A stretch of 61,909 nucleotides of DNA, filler included, from Basidioascus undulatus (GCA_000826855.1; 5 parts of 5 records of this genome joined end to end with filler, not necessarily neighbours in it), one strand, 5' to 3'. Shown: positions 24,786 through 38,137, counted from the first letter of the whole stretch. Made by a program: numbers and translations. The notes: a model not told the origin generated them from the sequence alone.

Positions 24786-26114
24786 ATGCCGCCCTCCACC
24801 GGAACCGCGGACGGCTCTGCGCCCCCGCTGGGCAAGTACCTCGCGTCGAACGAGAAGAAGCAGCGCGACAAGGCGATCAAGTCGCTCGCGGCGTTCCTCT
24901 CGTCCGAGAAGCCGCAGGTGCTGGACAAGGTGGAGATGGCCAAGCTGTGGAAGGGGATCTTCTACTGTCAGTGCACTCCATACTTTATTTCTCTTTGGGA
25001 GAGGCTGAATGGGAGGAGGGCGCGGCACGTAGGCTTCTGGATGTCGGACAAGCCGCTCGTGCAGCAGGCGCTCGCGAACGAGCTCGCGGAGCTCGTGCTG
25101 AGCGTCACGCCGAGCAAGGGCAAGGGTAAGGCGGCCTTGCCGAATGCGGGCGCGTGGGCGTTCGTGGACGGGTTCTGGGAGGCGATGACTAGGGAGTGGA
25201 GCGGGATCGACAGGCTCAGGTGCGTTCTCCTCCCACTTGTTTCCCGCCGTGGCATCGGGAGCTCATGAGAGGCAGGGAATGGCTAGGCTGGACAAGTTTT
25301 ACATGCTCATCCGCCGATACGTCAACGCGACGTTCCGGCTGCTCGCGCGCGGAGGGTACAACGAGAAGGAGCTGGCGAAGCACGTGGATGTACTGAGCGC
25401 GCAGGGGCGCCCGCTATGGTACGTCTTTCTTTGGGCGAGAGTGCGGCAGTTCAGGCAGCTGAGGATGTTGGCGGGGCAGCTGGGACGATCCGAGAGTGCC
25501 GACCTCGCTGGCATACCACCTCGCAGATGTGTACCTGCAAGAGCTGGAGAAGGCGATTGCCTCACGCGATGCGTCTGAGGACGACGAGGAAGGACCAAAA
25601 GTAAGTTACTGTGTCCTTCTAGGTGTCGGTCAATGAAACGCGACGGGACTGAGCCGAGCTCACTCCACGGCAGGTGCCTCTGATACGTCTTCTCGAGCCG
25701 TTCTCCGTCCTCCTCGCCAACACCTCCAACAACACGACCTACAACCGCGTCAGCAACTCGCTCTTCTCTCCCCTTCTCTCCGCGCTCTCCCCACCCGCCC
25801 CCAGCCGCCGCCCGTCCAAGCGTCGCAAGACGGACACCGCCGCCTCCTCCGACGAAGACGAGTCGCCGTACCCGGCCCTGCTCGCTGCGCTCCCGGCGGA
25901 GCACGCCGAGATCCGCCGCGGCGTCGTGCGGGCTCTGTTTGAGGAGGCGAGCAAGGAGACGGCGCGGGAAGCGAATCGCCGGAAGATCTATGCGCTCTGG
26001 AAGGAGGAGCTTGCGGGTGAGGAGGAGGAGGAGGACGGGGAGGACGTAAGTGGGGATGAGGGCGAGGCGAGGGCGCGCAAGGGCGCTTTTGCAGAGAGCT
26101 CTGGGCTGGTGTGA
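24786..26114 (+). CDS. RRP1: Ribosome biogenesis protein Rrp1/Nop52
   Basis: LASNEKKQRDKA, KLWKGIFYC|FWMSDKPLVQQALA, REWSGIDRLR|LDKFYMLIRR. Confidence 0.95.
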
Positions 26115-26647
26115 TGGGTTGGTGGGCCATATAAGCTCGCTGTCGAATACAGCTGCTCTGATTGCACGCTGGGCTGTGAGGCTTTCACGACTGGCTCGTG
26201 AAGCATCGCACGGTTTCGCACCTGGCTTCCGGACGGTTAATCGGTCCATCTGAGGGTAAAATTGCTTCTACCGGGTGGTTGTAAAGTCATATTCCCGCCG
26301 TCTTCTTGATGCCAAGTCGCGTGTCTGCCGTCGCTACTGAAGCGCGCCCTCCTCCATCCTCCTCACCAACCCCATCACACTTCGTCATATTCTGCAGGTA
26401 TTGCATGCACTTTGTATCGAATACCTACCTACTTTGACATTACCGTCGGCTGCGATGCGACTGTCACATGCGAAACGGGTTCGGCAAACAACCGAAGCTC
26501 GGCTGAGACGACCCAGAGCGAGTCCGCCACTGGTTTGTGTCTGCACGTCTTCGCGGTTCCCTCTTTCTCCTCCTCAAATCCCCATTCATTTTCCTCTCCC
26601 CAACTCCACCCACATCTAGTCCTGAACATCTGACTTGGACGCCCAGC

Positions 26648-29092
26648 ATGCACTCCCTCCGCCGCGCGACCCTCCTGCGGCCCTCCGCACCCAGACTCGC
26701 CCGCGGGCTTGCAACGCCGGACGCGTCCGTCCACTCCTCCCCATTATCCTCCACTGCGCCCCCGCCCCCCCCTCCGAACTCCAGGAGCATCTTCTTCCCG
26801 GATGAGCCTGCCGCGCCGCGGATGGTCACGCCCACCTTCCCTGGCCCGCGGAGCTTGGAGCTGAGCAGGCAGATCGGCGAGATCCAGGACGAGCGGACGA
26901 ACTACTTCGTAGTCGGTGAGTTGGGAGTGAGGCCACGAGGGGAAGGGGAGGGAAGGGAGGAGGTGGCTGAGAATGGGATGGGGTGGGGTGTGGGCGGGAA
27001 GATTATACGAAGAGCAAGGGGAACTATGTGGTTGATGCGGATGGGAACACGCTGCTGGACTGCTACTCTCAAGTGCGTCTTCTTTCTTCCTTTCTGCGTC
27101 AGACTCAGGCCTGGGGGACTGACTGGACTCTCCAGATTGGTGAGAAAATCCGAACGCTCCCACTCTTCGGATGCGGTGATTCTCATTGGCAACCTGCCAG
27201 CTTCTATCGCTATCGGGTACAACAACCCCGAGCTCATCGCCCTGGCCAAGACCGTGCGTCCAAGTCCTCACCCGCAGTCCAGCATTAGTCCTCCGAGCCG
27301 AACAACAGATTCTTCATCGCTCACACTATTCGAATACCTCACAGGATGAGTTCATCACCGCCGCCATGAACCGCCCGGCGCTCGGTAACTTCCCGCCGCA
27401 GGAATGGCGGCGCTGGCTGGACGAGGGGTTGATGAAGGTGAAGCCCAATGGCCTTACCCAGGTACGCCTTCGCTTCCAACATACACGCCTGCACCCAGTG
27501 AAGGTACAGGCACTTACTGACATGCTCCCACACAGCTCTTCACCGCCATGTGCGGCTCCTGCTCGAACGAGTCCGCATACAAAGCCGCTTTCGTGCGTTT
27601 CACCCTATCTGATGCTTTGGTACAAGCGAGACTGATCTCCTGAGAGCATCGACGTAGATGGCCTACCGCGACCGCGAGCGCGGCCTGGACTTCTCCGACG
27701 AGGAGCTCCAGTCTTGCATGAAGAACGCCTCGCCCGGCTCGCCCGAGCTGTCCATCCTCTCGTTCAAGACGGCCTTCCACGGCCGCCTGTTTGGCTCGCT
27801 GTCCACCACGCGCAGCAAGCCGATCCACAAGGTCCGCCTTCTTCTCCCATCCCTTCCTTCCTGCTTGCTGGGAGGCGCCGCTGACCGTGTGTGGATCTGA
27901 ATGGACAGCTCGGCGTGCCCGCGTTCGACTGGCCCGTCGCTTCCTGGCCGGAGGTCAAGTACCCGCTCGAAGAGCATGCCCCGGAGAACGCCGAGGCGGA
28001 GGCGCGCGCGCTCGCGGAGGTTGAGCAGATCATCAAGGCTTCGTGCGTCGCTCCCTTGCCTTTCTGTATCCTGCCTTCCCTAGCTAGTCTGACGGTGTGT
28101 GGTACATTGGCGAGCACAGGAAGCAGACCAAGCCCGTCGCAGCGCTCGTCGTTGAGCCTATCCAGTCTGAGGGAGGCGACAACCACGCCTCGCCTGCGTT
28201 CTTCCGCGGCTTGCGGGAGATCACCAAGCGCGAGGGCGTGTTCATGATCGTTGATGAGGTGCGGGTTTCTTTTCTTGCTCTCGCCAGTCGCGTGTCGCTG
28301 ATTGAGGCGCTTTGGGTATTGCAGGTCCAGACTGGGTTCGGTTCGTCTCGGCCTGGTGGCAGTGTGGATGAAGAAGAGGCTGATGTGGGGATGGAGGGAA
28401 TAGGTGCTACGGGTACGTTCTGGGCGCATGACAAGTGGGAGTTGGAGACACCCGCGGACTTTGTGACTTTCAGCAAGAAGGGGAGTGCCACGGCTTTGAT
28501 GCGTTAGCTTTGGATACGCGTCTGACAGGTGCACTGCAGGCTCAAGCCGCTGGATTTTTCCACAACCTCGAGACGCGTCCGTCGGCGCCTTACAGAAGTG
28601 CGTCAAGCCACTTGCCCTGTACACGTTTGGCCAGATCGCTAACTCTTCCTTCCCTCGGCTTCACAGACTTCAACACCTGGATGGTGCGCCCTCCCAATTC
28701 ACCCTCCCACGCCCACAGCTAACCCGCCCTTCCCCACCCAGGGCGACCCGATCCGCGCCCTGCAAGCTCGGAGCATGATCAACTACATTTCCACGCACTC
28801 TCTCGTGCCGCACAACGCGCGCGTCGGCTCCGACCTCTACGCCTCTCTGCGCTCGCTTTCCGAGCGCTACCCGCTTCTCAACCTCCGCGGGCACGGCGAG
28901 GGCACTTTCATCGCGTGGGACCTTCCGACGGCCGCGCAGCGCGACCGCCTCGTCGCGCTCGTCAAGAAGCGCGGGGTCAACATTGGCGGCTGCGGCGAGC
29001 GAGCCGTCAGGCTTCGGACGATGCTCGTGTTTGAGCGGGCGCACGCGGAGATCTTGTTGGAGGCGCTGGAGGGCGCGCTGAAGGAGCTGTGA
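26648..29092 (+). CDS. UGA1: 4-aminobutyrate aminotransferase (GABA-T) with mitochondrial-type leader
   Basis: [73 protein letters not shown]. One donor (28481) reads GG. Confidence 0.95.
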
Positions 29093-30048
29093 GAACGCGG
29101 CCCGGTTCTCAGAGGCACGGACGCACCTTGAACTTTTTTGGACTCTTCTCGATGTCGGTATTGCATTCGACTTTCTCATGACTCGGGCACTGTGCTACTC
29201 GTTTTGTTCGATTCGTGCAAGGCTTCCGAGAAAGACATCTTTTTTGACTTGTTTGTAATCAGGTAGACGATTCAGAGGCAAACAGAGTTTCGGCAAACCA
29301 GGCTGCCAGGCTGTCATGCCTGCGAGCTGCACGCTCGCCACCACTCGCCACGTCGCTCGTCCAACTCACACGGGCAGGTAATCTACACCGAAACTGACGG
29401 TCTTTGAACATTTGTTGCGATTGTTTGCGCCCCCAAAGCACAGCCCGCGGCATTCCGTGCTCTTTGTGGTCACCGAAGGAGGCAAAAGGTGGTCCTTTGG
29501 GCGAAGCGGCCCTTGAAATATCCGGCGCGCGTACCGTAACCTGAGCGCCAGCCTTGGGGCCTGCAAGTCGCTCGACGTCGTGCTCTCGCTCCCCCGCATG
29601 CTCGCTATGCCGCCCATACTCGTCTGAACCCGTTCGCTGGCCATCTTGATTATCGACGACACACCCACAACGACGACGACGACCATTATTCTCTTCTCCC
29701 GCACCAAACTGTGCTATACACGCCACACTCACCACATATCGCTTTGCGCGCGCTCGCCTCACGCTCCTTGCATTCCTCCTTCTCCTCCTCCTGCTCCCGC
29801 CACCCATTCGATCCGCCTAGTTTCAGGCCTCGGAACCGGACACCACGGCGACAGGAACGCGCTCAACGGCGACTCGGACGATTGATACTCGCATCCTAGC
29901 CTGATCGCGCCGCCCTCCCCCGCATCTTATCCTTCCAACCCCGCCGCCCCATGCCCCGTTCTTCCCCGCCGAATCTCCCTCTGCTCCTGCCCACCACCGC
30001 GCCCACACCCACCACCACCACCACCCACTCGCCCCGCTGCGCTGATCG

Positions 30049-32800
30049 ATGCAGTTCTACTCCCATCAGCCCTCAGGCTCGACGCCTTCCCCCTCCCTCG
30101 CCCACAAGCTCGCCGGCTTCCCGCAGCAGGACTGGACCCGCCAGCACCTCGCGTATGGCCCCGCAGGCGGCCTGTACCAGCCCCCAGGCGCGCCGAGTCA
30201 TGCGCACTCGCACTCGCTGGGCGGGCAGCACGCGCTCCATAGCCCGGCCGCGATCCAGCAGGGCAACACCCTTGGCGCGCCCACCCCCCCCACGGTGGGC
30301 AACGGCGTAGGGCCGCATTGGCAACAGCAACTGGTGAAGGCCGAGGTGAGTCGAAGCACGTCGCAAACCTGCCTGGAGGGATGGTCCCGTGGCTCGGGAA
30401 GCGTGGAGCGATGGATCTCGCCAGGGGCTGCTCGTGCGACACCACCGTTCGAGGAGCGAACACTGATGAACTATTTCGTCTGTCCTGCAGGTCGCGCGAG
30501 CATCCTCTTCGCCTCACCACCGCGCCCGGGCGGCCGCTCTGGCTCAGCGCGGCACGACCAACAGTGCGATTGCCATCCTCGACCCCAACTCCAAGACGCC
30601 CACGAACCGAACCGCGACCCCGAAGCCGTTGATAAACGGCAACCACAAAAACACTGCCTCCAACTTGTCCGCCTCCCCCCCTCCCACGCCGTCTGCCCAC
30701 CCGTCCTCCACCTCCGCGCCCGATCGAACGAGCAGCGGCCCCGCGCAGGGCTGGCACTCGATCGACATGGGCGGGATGCAGCTCAAGACGCTCTCGCCCT
30801 CGCTCTTCTCCTACGCGTTCCTCACCAATCTCTTCATCAACCACAACAACCTCACGTCCCTCCCGCCGGACATCTCGCGCCTCACGAACCTCGTCCTCCT
30901 CGACGCGTCCGGCAACGGCCTCTCCGTCCTCCCGCCCGAGCTCGGCATGCTCACCCACCTCCGCGAGCTCCTCCTCTTCGACAACAACCTCGTCACGCTC
31001 CCGCCTGAGCTCGGCACGCTCCACCAGCTCGAGTTCCTCGGCATCGATGGCAACCCGCTCGCGGAGAGCCTCCGCTCCGTCATTCAGAAAGACGGCACCG
31101 CCGCGCTTATCGCCTACCTCCGCGACTCGTGCCCCGTGCCCCTGCCCCCGCCCGAGCGGGAGTGGGTTGCCATCGAGCCGGACGTGCTCGCGCCGAAGGA
31201 GGGCGACCCGCCCGCGGAGACGTTCAGCATGCTCTGCTACAACATCCTCTGCGACAAGTATGCGACGAGCCATATGTACGGATACGTGAGTGCCCCTTTC
31301 GGTACTGGGAACCTGCGGGAATGGAGATGTTGACGGACGGGACCGGCTCGTTATCCCAGACTCCGTCATGGGCACTCGCATGGGACTACCGAAAGGAGCT
31401 CATCCTGCAGGAGATCATGTCCTATGGCGCCGACATCCTTTGTCTCCAGGTGCGTTGGCTATTTATCTGGTTCGGCCTGCGGTGGTGGTTGCTGATGGGG
31501 CTCGTTTGGCTGCGATTGCAGGAGGTCGACATCGAGCAATACGAGGACTACTTCCTGCACCACCTCTCGCAGCAGGACTACGAGGGCGTGTACAGCCAGA
31601 AGTCGCGCGCTAAGACTATGTCTGAGACCGAGCGGAAACGGGTCGACGGCTGTGCGACGTTCTACAAGGTGTCCAAGTGCGTGCTGCTTTCGCATTCGGA
31701 TGCTCGGCAGCTGGATGCATGGAACCGATCGCTGATTCGCGGGAGTCGGCTTAACAGGTACAAGCTCATCGAGAACCAGGTAGTCGAGTTCAACCAGATC
31801 GCGATGCAACGGCCGGACTTCCAGAAGTCTGACGTGCGTCATCTTCTCCTCGTTGGCCCCTCAGCCGCTCCGGCGCTGCGTTCTGACCGTCCGGCTGTTT
31901 CCCCCGATGCAGGACATGTTCAATCGCGTCATGACGAAGGACAACATCGCGAACGTCGCGCTGCTCGAGAACCGGGACAGCGGCTCGCGCCTGATCGTCG
32001 CCAACGTGCACATCCACTGGAACCCCGAGTTCCGGGACGTCAAGCTCGTCCAGGTCGCGATGCTCATGGACGAGATCGAGAAGATCGCGAACCGCTTCGC
32101 ACTCCTGCCGCCCAAGCTCGACCTTGCCCCGGGCTTCCCGCGCGCGCCCGTGTACAGCGACGGCAGCAAGATCCCAACGCTCATTTGTGGCGACTTCAAC
32201 AGGTGCGTGTTGTTTTTTGCCAGGTGCTCGGTTATGGTGGGAGGGAGAGAATGCTGAGATGGGTGTGGGGGTCGCTCAGTGTTCCGAGCTCCGGCGTGTA
32301 CGAGTTCTTGAGCAAGGGCACGGTCATGCGAGGTCAGTCGTCATCCTGATCTCCCGGCAAGGCTTGCCGCTGACTTTGGGGACATTCCGGCAGACCACGA
32401 GGACTTCATGGACCACGTGTACGGCAACTACACGTCGGACGGGATGGGCCACCGGCTCCCGCTCCGAAGCGCGTACGCCAACATCGGCGAGCTGCCGATG
32501 ACGAACTACACCCCCGGCTTCGAGGGCGTGATCGACTACATCTGGTACACGACCAACTCTGTCAGCGTCACGGGCCTGCTCGGCGAGGTCGACCCGTCGT
32601 ACCTCTCCAAAGTCGTCGGCTTCCCGAACGCGCACTTCCCGTCAGAGTGCGTCGCATTCCCTCCTTCCCTTCTCCTTTTCTTCATAGTAGAGAATTGATG
32701 CGTTTTGCTGGCGCTTATCAGCCACGTCTGTCTCCTCTCCGAGTTCCGCCTGCGCCCGCCATCGGCAGCCGCCTCGCCCGCGACCCGGATCGGTTTCTGA
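30049..32800 (+). CDS. CCR4: CCR4-NOT deadenylase subunit Ccr4 (LRR + EEP nuclease)
   Basis: HWQQQL, SPHHRAR, LRR repeats, YNILCDKYA, LCLQ|EVD, ICGDFN|S, TNYTPGFEGVIDYIWY, FPSDH. Confidence 0.97.
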
Positions 32801-33814
32801 TCATCTCCCCGCACCTCTCGTAACCCTCCGCGCCGACCGGCAGCGCCATCCGAGGCGCCCGTTCCCCTCTGTCTCACCCTCCGCTCAATGTCTTGTTCCC
32901 TCTGTATATGCCCCGCGTTTCCTCCTTCCGTCTTGCTTCTTCCGGCGCCGCTTCCTTTTCTATTCTTTTGTATGCTTTCTTTTTCCTCCTGTTTTCTGCT
33001 CTTCCGTTTCTCTCTTGTTTGATTGATGTCGAATGTATCATCTTTGGCTCGTCTCTATCCTGTCCGCGTTTTCTCGCCTTCAGTTATCACCCTGCATTTG
33101 AACTTACTCATGTGTCTCATAATGCTGAGGGGTGCGGATTAGCGTGTGCATCTTGTTCGGCCAAACGAAGCGTTGCCATGCGGCACAGTTAGACGAGCTG
33201 TTGCCGAGCAAGTCGGCATGCGTTGTTCAGGTGCCGTGGCCCGTCGCCGTTACACGTACAGTCGCTTTCCGTAAAGGCGCCCGTCAGGTTCAGGATCGCA
33301 TGTGCAACTTGACTGGGGAACCTCTTGAGGTGACTGCGACACGGCTCAGGTGGATGCCACAGTGCAGACGAGGCCGGAACAGGGTGGCCGAAGCGAATAC
33401 CCAGCTGGGTACCTTCGTTCGAGGCGGAGTGAATCGTTGAGAACATTAGTTGCTGGGTGTCGAGTACCTTTTCACGGGGTTCTTTGGATCAAAAAACCTG
33501 AAGGATACTCGACGTCTCTTAAGACACATTGTGACAGCAATTCGAGACACTGCATAGGTGCAGTCCAGCAGCACAAAGCAACCATTCACGAATGGGCTCA
33601 CTCGCAGATATTGTAAACATGTGTATGCGATTAAAGTAAGATATCCGTGCGTAAAGTATGTCGCATTATAGGCAATGATGCAAAAGAAGCAGACCAGCCT
33701 CGTCGTCCTGGTTCTGGCGAAGTTACAAGCACGGCAGGCGAGACAAGGTGGTAAAGCGGGTTAGCGCATTGTTGATCCTTCTTTTAGAGGGAGCCAAGGA
33801 CAGCTTTCACTTAC

Positions 33815-35472
33815 TTAGACGTCAAAATATTTGTCGTGCACCGAAAACCGCTCTTCCGTCACCAGGATGCTGGGACCGAGGGACGGCGTGAGCTGGCTCT
33901 TGTCGATAACGACCAGCTTCTGGGAAAACGGGACGAGGAGGACAATTTTGATTAGGAAGTACGAGTACCAGACACACATACAGCCTCGTGCAAGAAGGAG
34001 AAACTCACATGTGTTTGCTCTCGCGGAGCAGACTTGAACGTCGGAGTGCTCGGCGAGGGTGGAAGCGACGAGACCTGGCTCTCGAGGCTGGCGATCTGCG
34101 ATCTGCTCCTGACGTTCGCAGTGGACATCCGCGGTCCCCTTTTCCACATCTGCTCTCGGCTCGCCAGCGTGACGAGCATGCTGAGCATGTAGAGAGGCGG
34201 AAGGGTGTAGTACGCGGGCGTGTAAGCGGTGTGAATGGCGGTGGGCTTGGACCCCGCCCACGCGTACAGGCCGATGAGGAGCAGCGCATCGAGGGTAGTC
34301 ATCAAGCATGTCTCCATCGATGTACGGACGATGCGCGTGATGGCGTGGTCCGTGTGGTCGAAGCCGGTACGCGACTGCCAAAGGCGGATGATCATCACAC
34401 CAGAGATGAGCGTGTCCGCGATGGCGTGGCAGGCGAGAGAAGAGAAAAGGAGGGCTGTGTTACGACATATTTTCAGAATACTTCTTCTGGCATGGGGGAA
34501 AATAGCCGCGAGTACATATGTTCCCAACTCACGAGGCAGCACGGACGCTTGAGCATTGCTGCGAGAGTGGATAAGCAAGCGTCGATACGATAGCCTTGAA
34601 CTGCATGCTTTGATACTCACATCCAAGTAACTTGCGTGTGGAAGAGCACTGCCCCCGTAGAGTATCCGCCGATCAAGACCCAGACGATCAAAGGGCCGAC
34701 GACGAGTGGAAACCAAGAGGGGTTGCCGAGCAGGTGCCAGACGCTGGAAAGGCCGAAAGTGGTGAACTCCACGTACTTCCATCTGCTCGACAGAAACAAC
34801 GAACTGAAAGCTCACCGGATGGCATAGAACACCTGCACGCTGACGCCGATCGTGGCGAGCAAGAACGGGGACAGCCAAACAACTGGGTACGAGTGGGGGA
34901 CGCTTCAGCTATTCGACGCCAATAGAACCAACAATATACTGCCCCAACTGCCTACCCCATCCCATATGATTCCAGGCCTCGTATTCTGCAGGGTCATCAC
35001 GGCTCATCAGAAATTGCACTAACTGCCTTGACGATGAGAAGAGTTATAGGCACGCACCTCCAAAATTAAGGACGAAATCGTGAAATAATTTGAAGGCTAC
35101 AATGCTAGATTGGATAATGGAGAAGAGGAATCCGATGCTGACCTTTGGAGGGCAAAGTCATCTTCGGTCAAAGGTGAGTTTGGACATGCGCCAAGGTGGC
35201 CTGCCGTCGAGCAAGGCGACGTCTCGCACTCACACAGATGAGATCCCGGCACTTGTATCTTTGGTATTTTTGGTAGACGTTCGCCGTGAGATATATGACG
35301 AGGGTCTCTAGGCAGAGGTTGCCGACGAAGCCACTGTAATAAGGGACGAGGTGGACAGGTCAACGAAGAGAGGTTTGAGGATGCCTGCTTGGACATCTAC
35401 CCACATAAACATAGGCTTCATCAGCTCCCTCAGATAGGCGTGCATCTCCGGAGTGTGGGGGACGGATGACAT
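33815..35472 (-). CDS. DUF6534-type multi-pass membrane protein
   Basis: FVLNFG, VQVFYAIR|VW, ADTLISGVMIIRLWQSRTGFDHTDHAITRIVRTSMETCLMTT...LYMLSMLVTLASR. 5' exon structure and intactness uncertain. Confidence 0.7.
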
Positions 35473-37017
35473 TCTGGCAAATTTGAGGAAAAAATAAAAC
35501 GAGTGGGGGAAGTTGGAGTGCAAAGTCAGAATTGAGAGCTGCAGGTCTGGGAAGGAGTGTGGTTCGAGGCTGGTGTGGTGAAAGTAAAGCAGAAGTGCCG
35601 GGGAGTTTAAACGGTCGGCGCCATTCGGAATTGAGAAAGAGAAGGGTTAGTGGCAGCAGACTGAGCCTCCTGAGGAGACGGTCCACGAGGGCTGATTGTT
35701 TGTGGAACCCCCACCCCATCGCCTCACGCGTAGATCCAAGCGAAAAAATTACCCGCCCTTGAATACCCTTACAACGTGCACTTACTTCGACAGGCATGCT
35801 TTCAAAGCACCGAGTGAACGAGGCCCCTGCTACGAGCTTGCGGCAACAGCAGCACGGCCGTATCCGCAAATGGCAGTTAGCAGAGGGTCAGCTACCAGCT
35901 TTGTGGAATTATAGGTATGAAATCATCAGGGAGAATAGTAGTTGGGAGTCAATCTCCAAGGACGGCGCTCACAAGGATAGCGAGACAAGCACGAAGACCC
36001 GTTTGGTCCTTCTCCTAGACTAAGACAAAGAGGGAGGAGCAAGCGGAGACGGCATAGGTACGTAATTCATGTAGAAGCTTAGGTCTCCAGCCCGAGTTTA
36101 CGCAACTTCGGGTCGTCCACCAGGGAGAGATCTTCGCCTCCGCCGGTAACAAGGTCCCTGACGAAGCGCTAAGATAGGCAAATGTTCATGCTGGTCCCTT
36201 GTCCCCCACCAGCACCCAAGTTCAGGTTCCGTCTCATTCAATTCTCGCGAGTCTCCCAAGCGACGTGAGAACGCACAGACCTCGCCTGGCTCCTTGTCCA
36301 CTAGTGTCCAGGCAGCAAACAGCAATGCTGGAGGTAGATTCGTCGCACCTGGGGAACCTGGGACAAGCTAAACTGTGCGGCTTTGTCAACTATTGCCCTT
36401 ACTTGATAGCATGTCTTCCTACGTAGGGTCATGACGGGAGCCACTTTTATCCCAGAGGGAGCTCGTTGGGGAGTTTTGCTTACTCGATGTAAGGAGTAAC
36501 ACTGACCCATGTTTGATCGTGTTGAATGAAGTCCTGCATTTACTATCCTGCATGGGCTTCCTTGGGAGATGTCTCAACTAAAACAACCTCAACAAGAGGA
36601 CGTTTGCAGCCTTGGAATGTGTGCGGGAATGACATACTCTTCCGAATTTCATCAGGGTCATTACAATAATGCATCAGAAGTCGTCTCCTCCAAAACCCAT
36701 GATCCCTTGCGGAGCCTCGAGCGTGTCTCTCCTGCCAGGTCTTTGAGAACGGTCCCTCTGCCCCAAAGCTGGATCGATGCGGGCGTGAAGAGCCCAAGCA
36801 TGGAATCTTCCTCCTTGGGAGATTCCTCTTCAACAACAACCACACGCCTCAGAAGGAGGGTGATTGCAACGGAACGCAGGACAGGAAGGTCACCTCGACG
36901 AAACAAGGCGCGGACAAAGCTGATGCTCGATAGACATGTTGAGTAATTGCCGTGAGGCCCTTCGATGCAGAGTCTCGATTGTCCGGGGTAGTTGGATGCC
37001 GTTCGCTTAAATCAGGG

Positions 37018-37108
37018 TCTCAAAAAGCACTTCATTGGAAATCTCGTTGGGCAGGACCTACCCGGGTTCCCCGAGCCTGACGCCTTCGCAGTGACTCTCA
37101 GAGCAGTG
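37018..37108 (+). repeat. Second copy of desaturase fragment (LKKHFIGNLVGQDLPGFPEPDAFAVTLRAV) at contig end
   Basis: Inverted match to 12077-12167, one synonymous AAA/AAG difference. Confidence 0.95.
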
Positions 37109-37208
37109 NNNNNNNNNNNNNNNNNNNNNNNNNNNNNNNNNNNNNNNNNNNNTTAATTAATTAANNNNNNNNNNNNNNNNNNNNNNNNNNNNNNNNNNNN
37201 NNNNNNNN
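37109..37208. other. Artificial contig spacer
   Basis: N44-TTAATTAATTAA-N44. Confidence 0.99.
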
Positions 37209-37584
37209 AAAGCGCTTCTTCTTCTGCATCTTCTCTCCGCTCTCCCTGCTCCCCTCCTCCTCCACCCGCATCCACCTCTACACCTCCGTCCCGCAAATAA
37301 CCTACTCGGACCACAAGCCCATCACGCTCGTCCTCACGCTCCCCGCGCCCTCGCCCGCCCACACGCGCCTCCAAACCCGCGCGCCCGTCCCGCCCGACCC
37401 GCGCGCCTCGCAGAAAGCCTGGGCCGGCTGGGCACTCGACAGGCTCGTTGGGGCGCTGTGGTGCCTCCTTGTGCTGCTCGGGTTGGGGGACGAGGTGAAG
37501 GGCGCGTTTGGCGTGCTGGCGGGCCTGGGAGGCGCGGCGTGGTACTATGGTGGGTTGGGGCTGCTCGGGAGGGGCGCCGCGTGA
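37209..37584 (+). CDS. C-terminus of an Inp54-like inositol polyphosphate 5-phosphatase with hydrophobic tail (not in ORF track)
   Basis: Manual translation: YTSVPQITYSDHKPITLVL...GWALDRLVGALWCLLVLLGLG...AAWYYGG...stop at 37582-37584. Confidence 0.8.
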
Positions 37585-38137
37585 GGGAGGGACTCGATAC
37601 CCGTGACGAACTTTGTAATGCTGTTGTCGCTGTCTTGATTTGCTGCCTGTTCATGACATCTTGCTGGCCTATTACAGACCGATTACATTCGGTCGACATG
37701 GCGTTGGTCTAAGAGTGTTCGTTTCCGACCCAGCCGGGTGTGCCAGTGGCTCTGCACATTATGCACCCTGGCGTGAGCATCAAGGGCTTCAGTCTTTGTT
37801 CATCTTCGCGCCGACAGCTTCGCTGGCTCTCATGGTTCGAAGACGAGGACCAGAGCAATGTTGCACCCTCACTGCACTTCTCTGCAACCTGGCCTTTTCC
37901 TGACGTCTTCAATACATTCTTCTAGAACAAGCCAAGATACTCAGACTGGTCATCCGGTGGACTTTATCCGGACGGCTTTGGGCGTGCCGCTGTACGCGTT
38001 CCGCAGATCCACGTCGAAGTGGCTGTGAGATCCGCGAGCTTGAAACGTGCGAGTCATGGTCTCCGCTGTTGACCCAGCACCTACATCATCCCTCAACGCT
38101 GGTCCTTCAATTACGTCCTTCCCAATTCTCGATAGCC

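Noticed and set aside
29927..31381. 484-aa antisense ORF over CCR4, and similar long antisense ORFs over RRP1, UGA1 and ARH1
   Set aside because: Shadow of high-GC3 codon usage; no recognisable motifs.
20219..32800. BCKDH-RRP1-UGA1-CCR4 as a functional cluster
   Set aside because: Unrelated housekeeping functions; ordinary gene neighbourhood.
36427..36453. GHDGSHFYP as a desaturase His box near the duplicated fragment
   Set aside because: Wrong order relative to the b5 fragment and no flanking similarity; probably chance.
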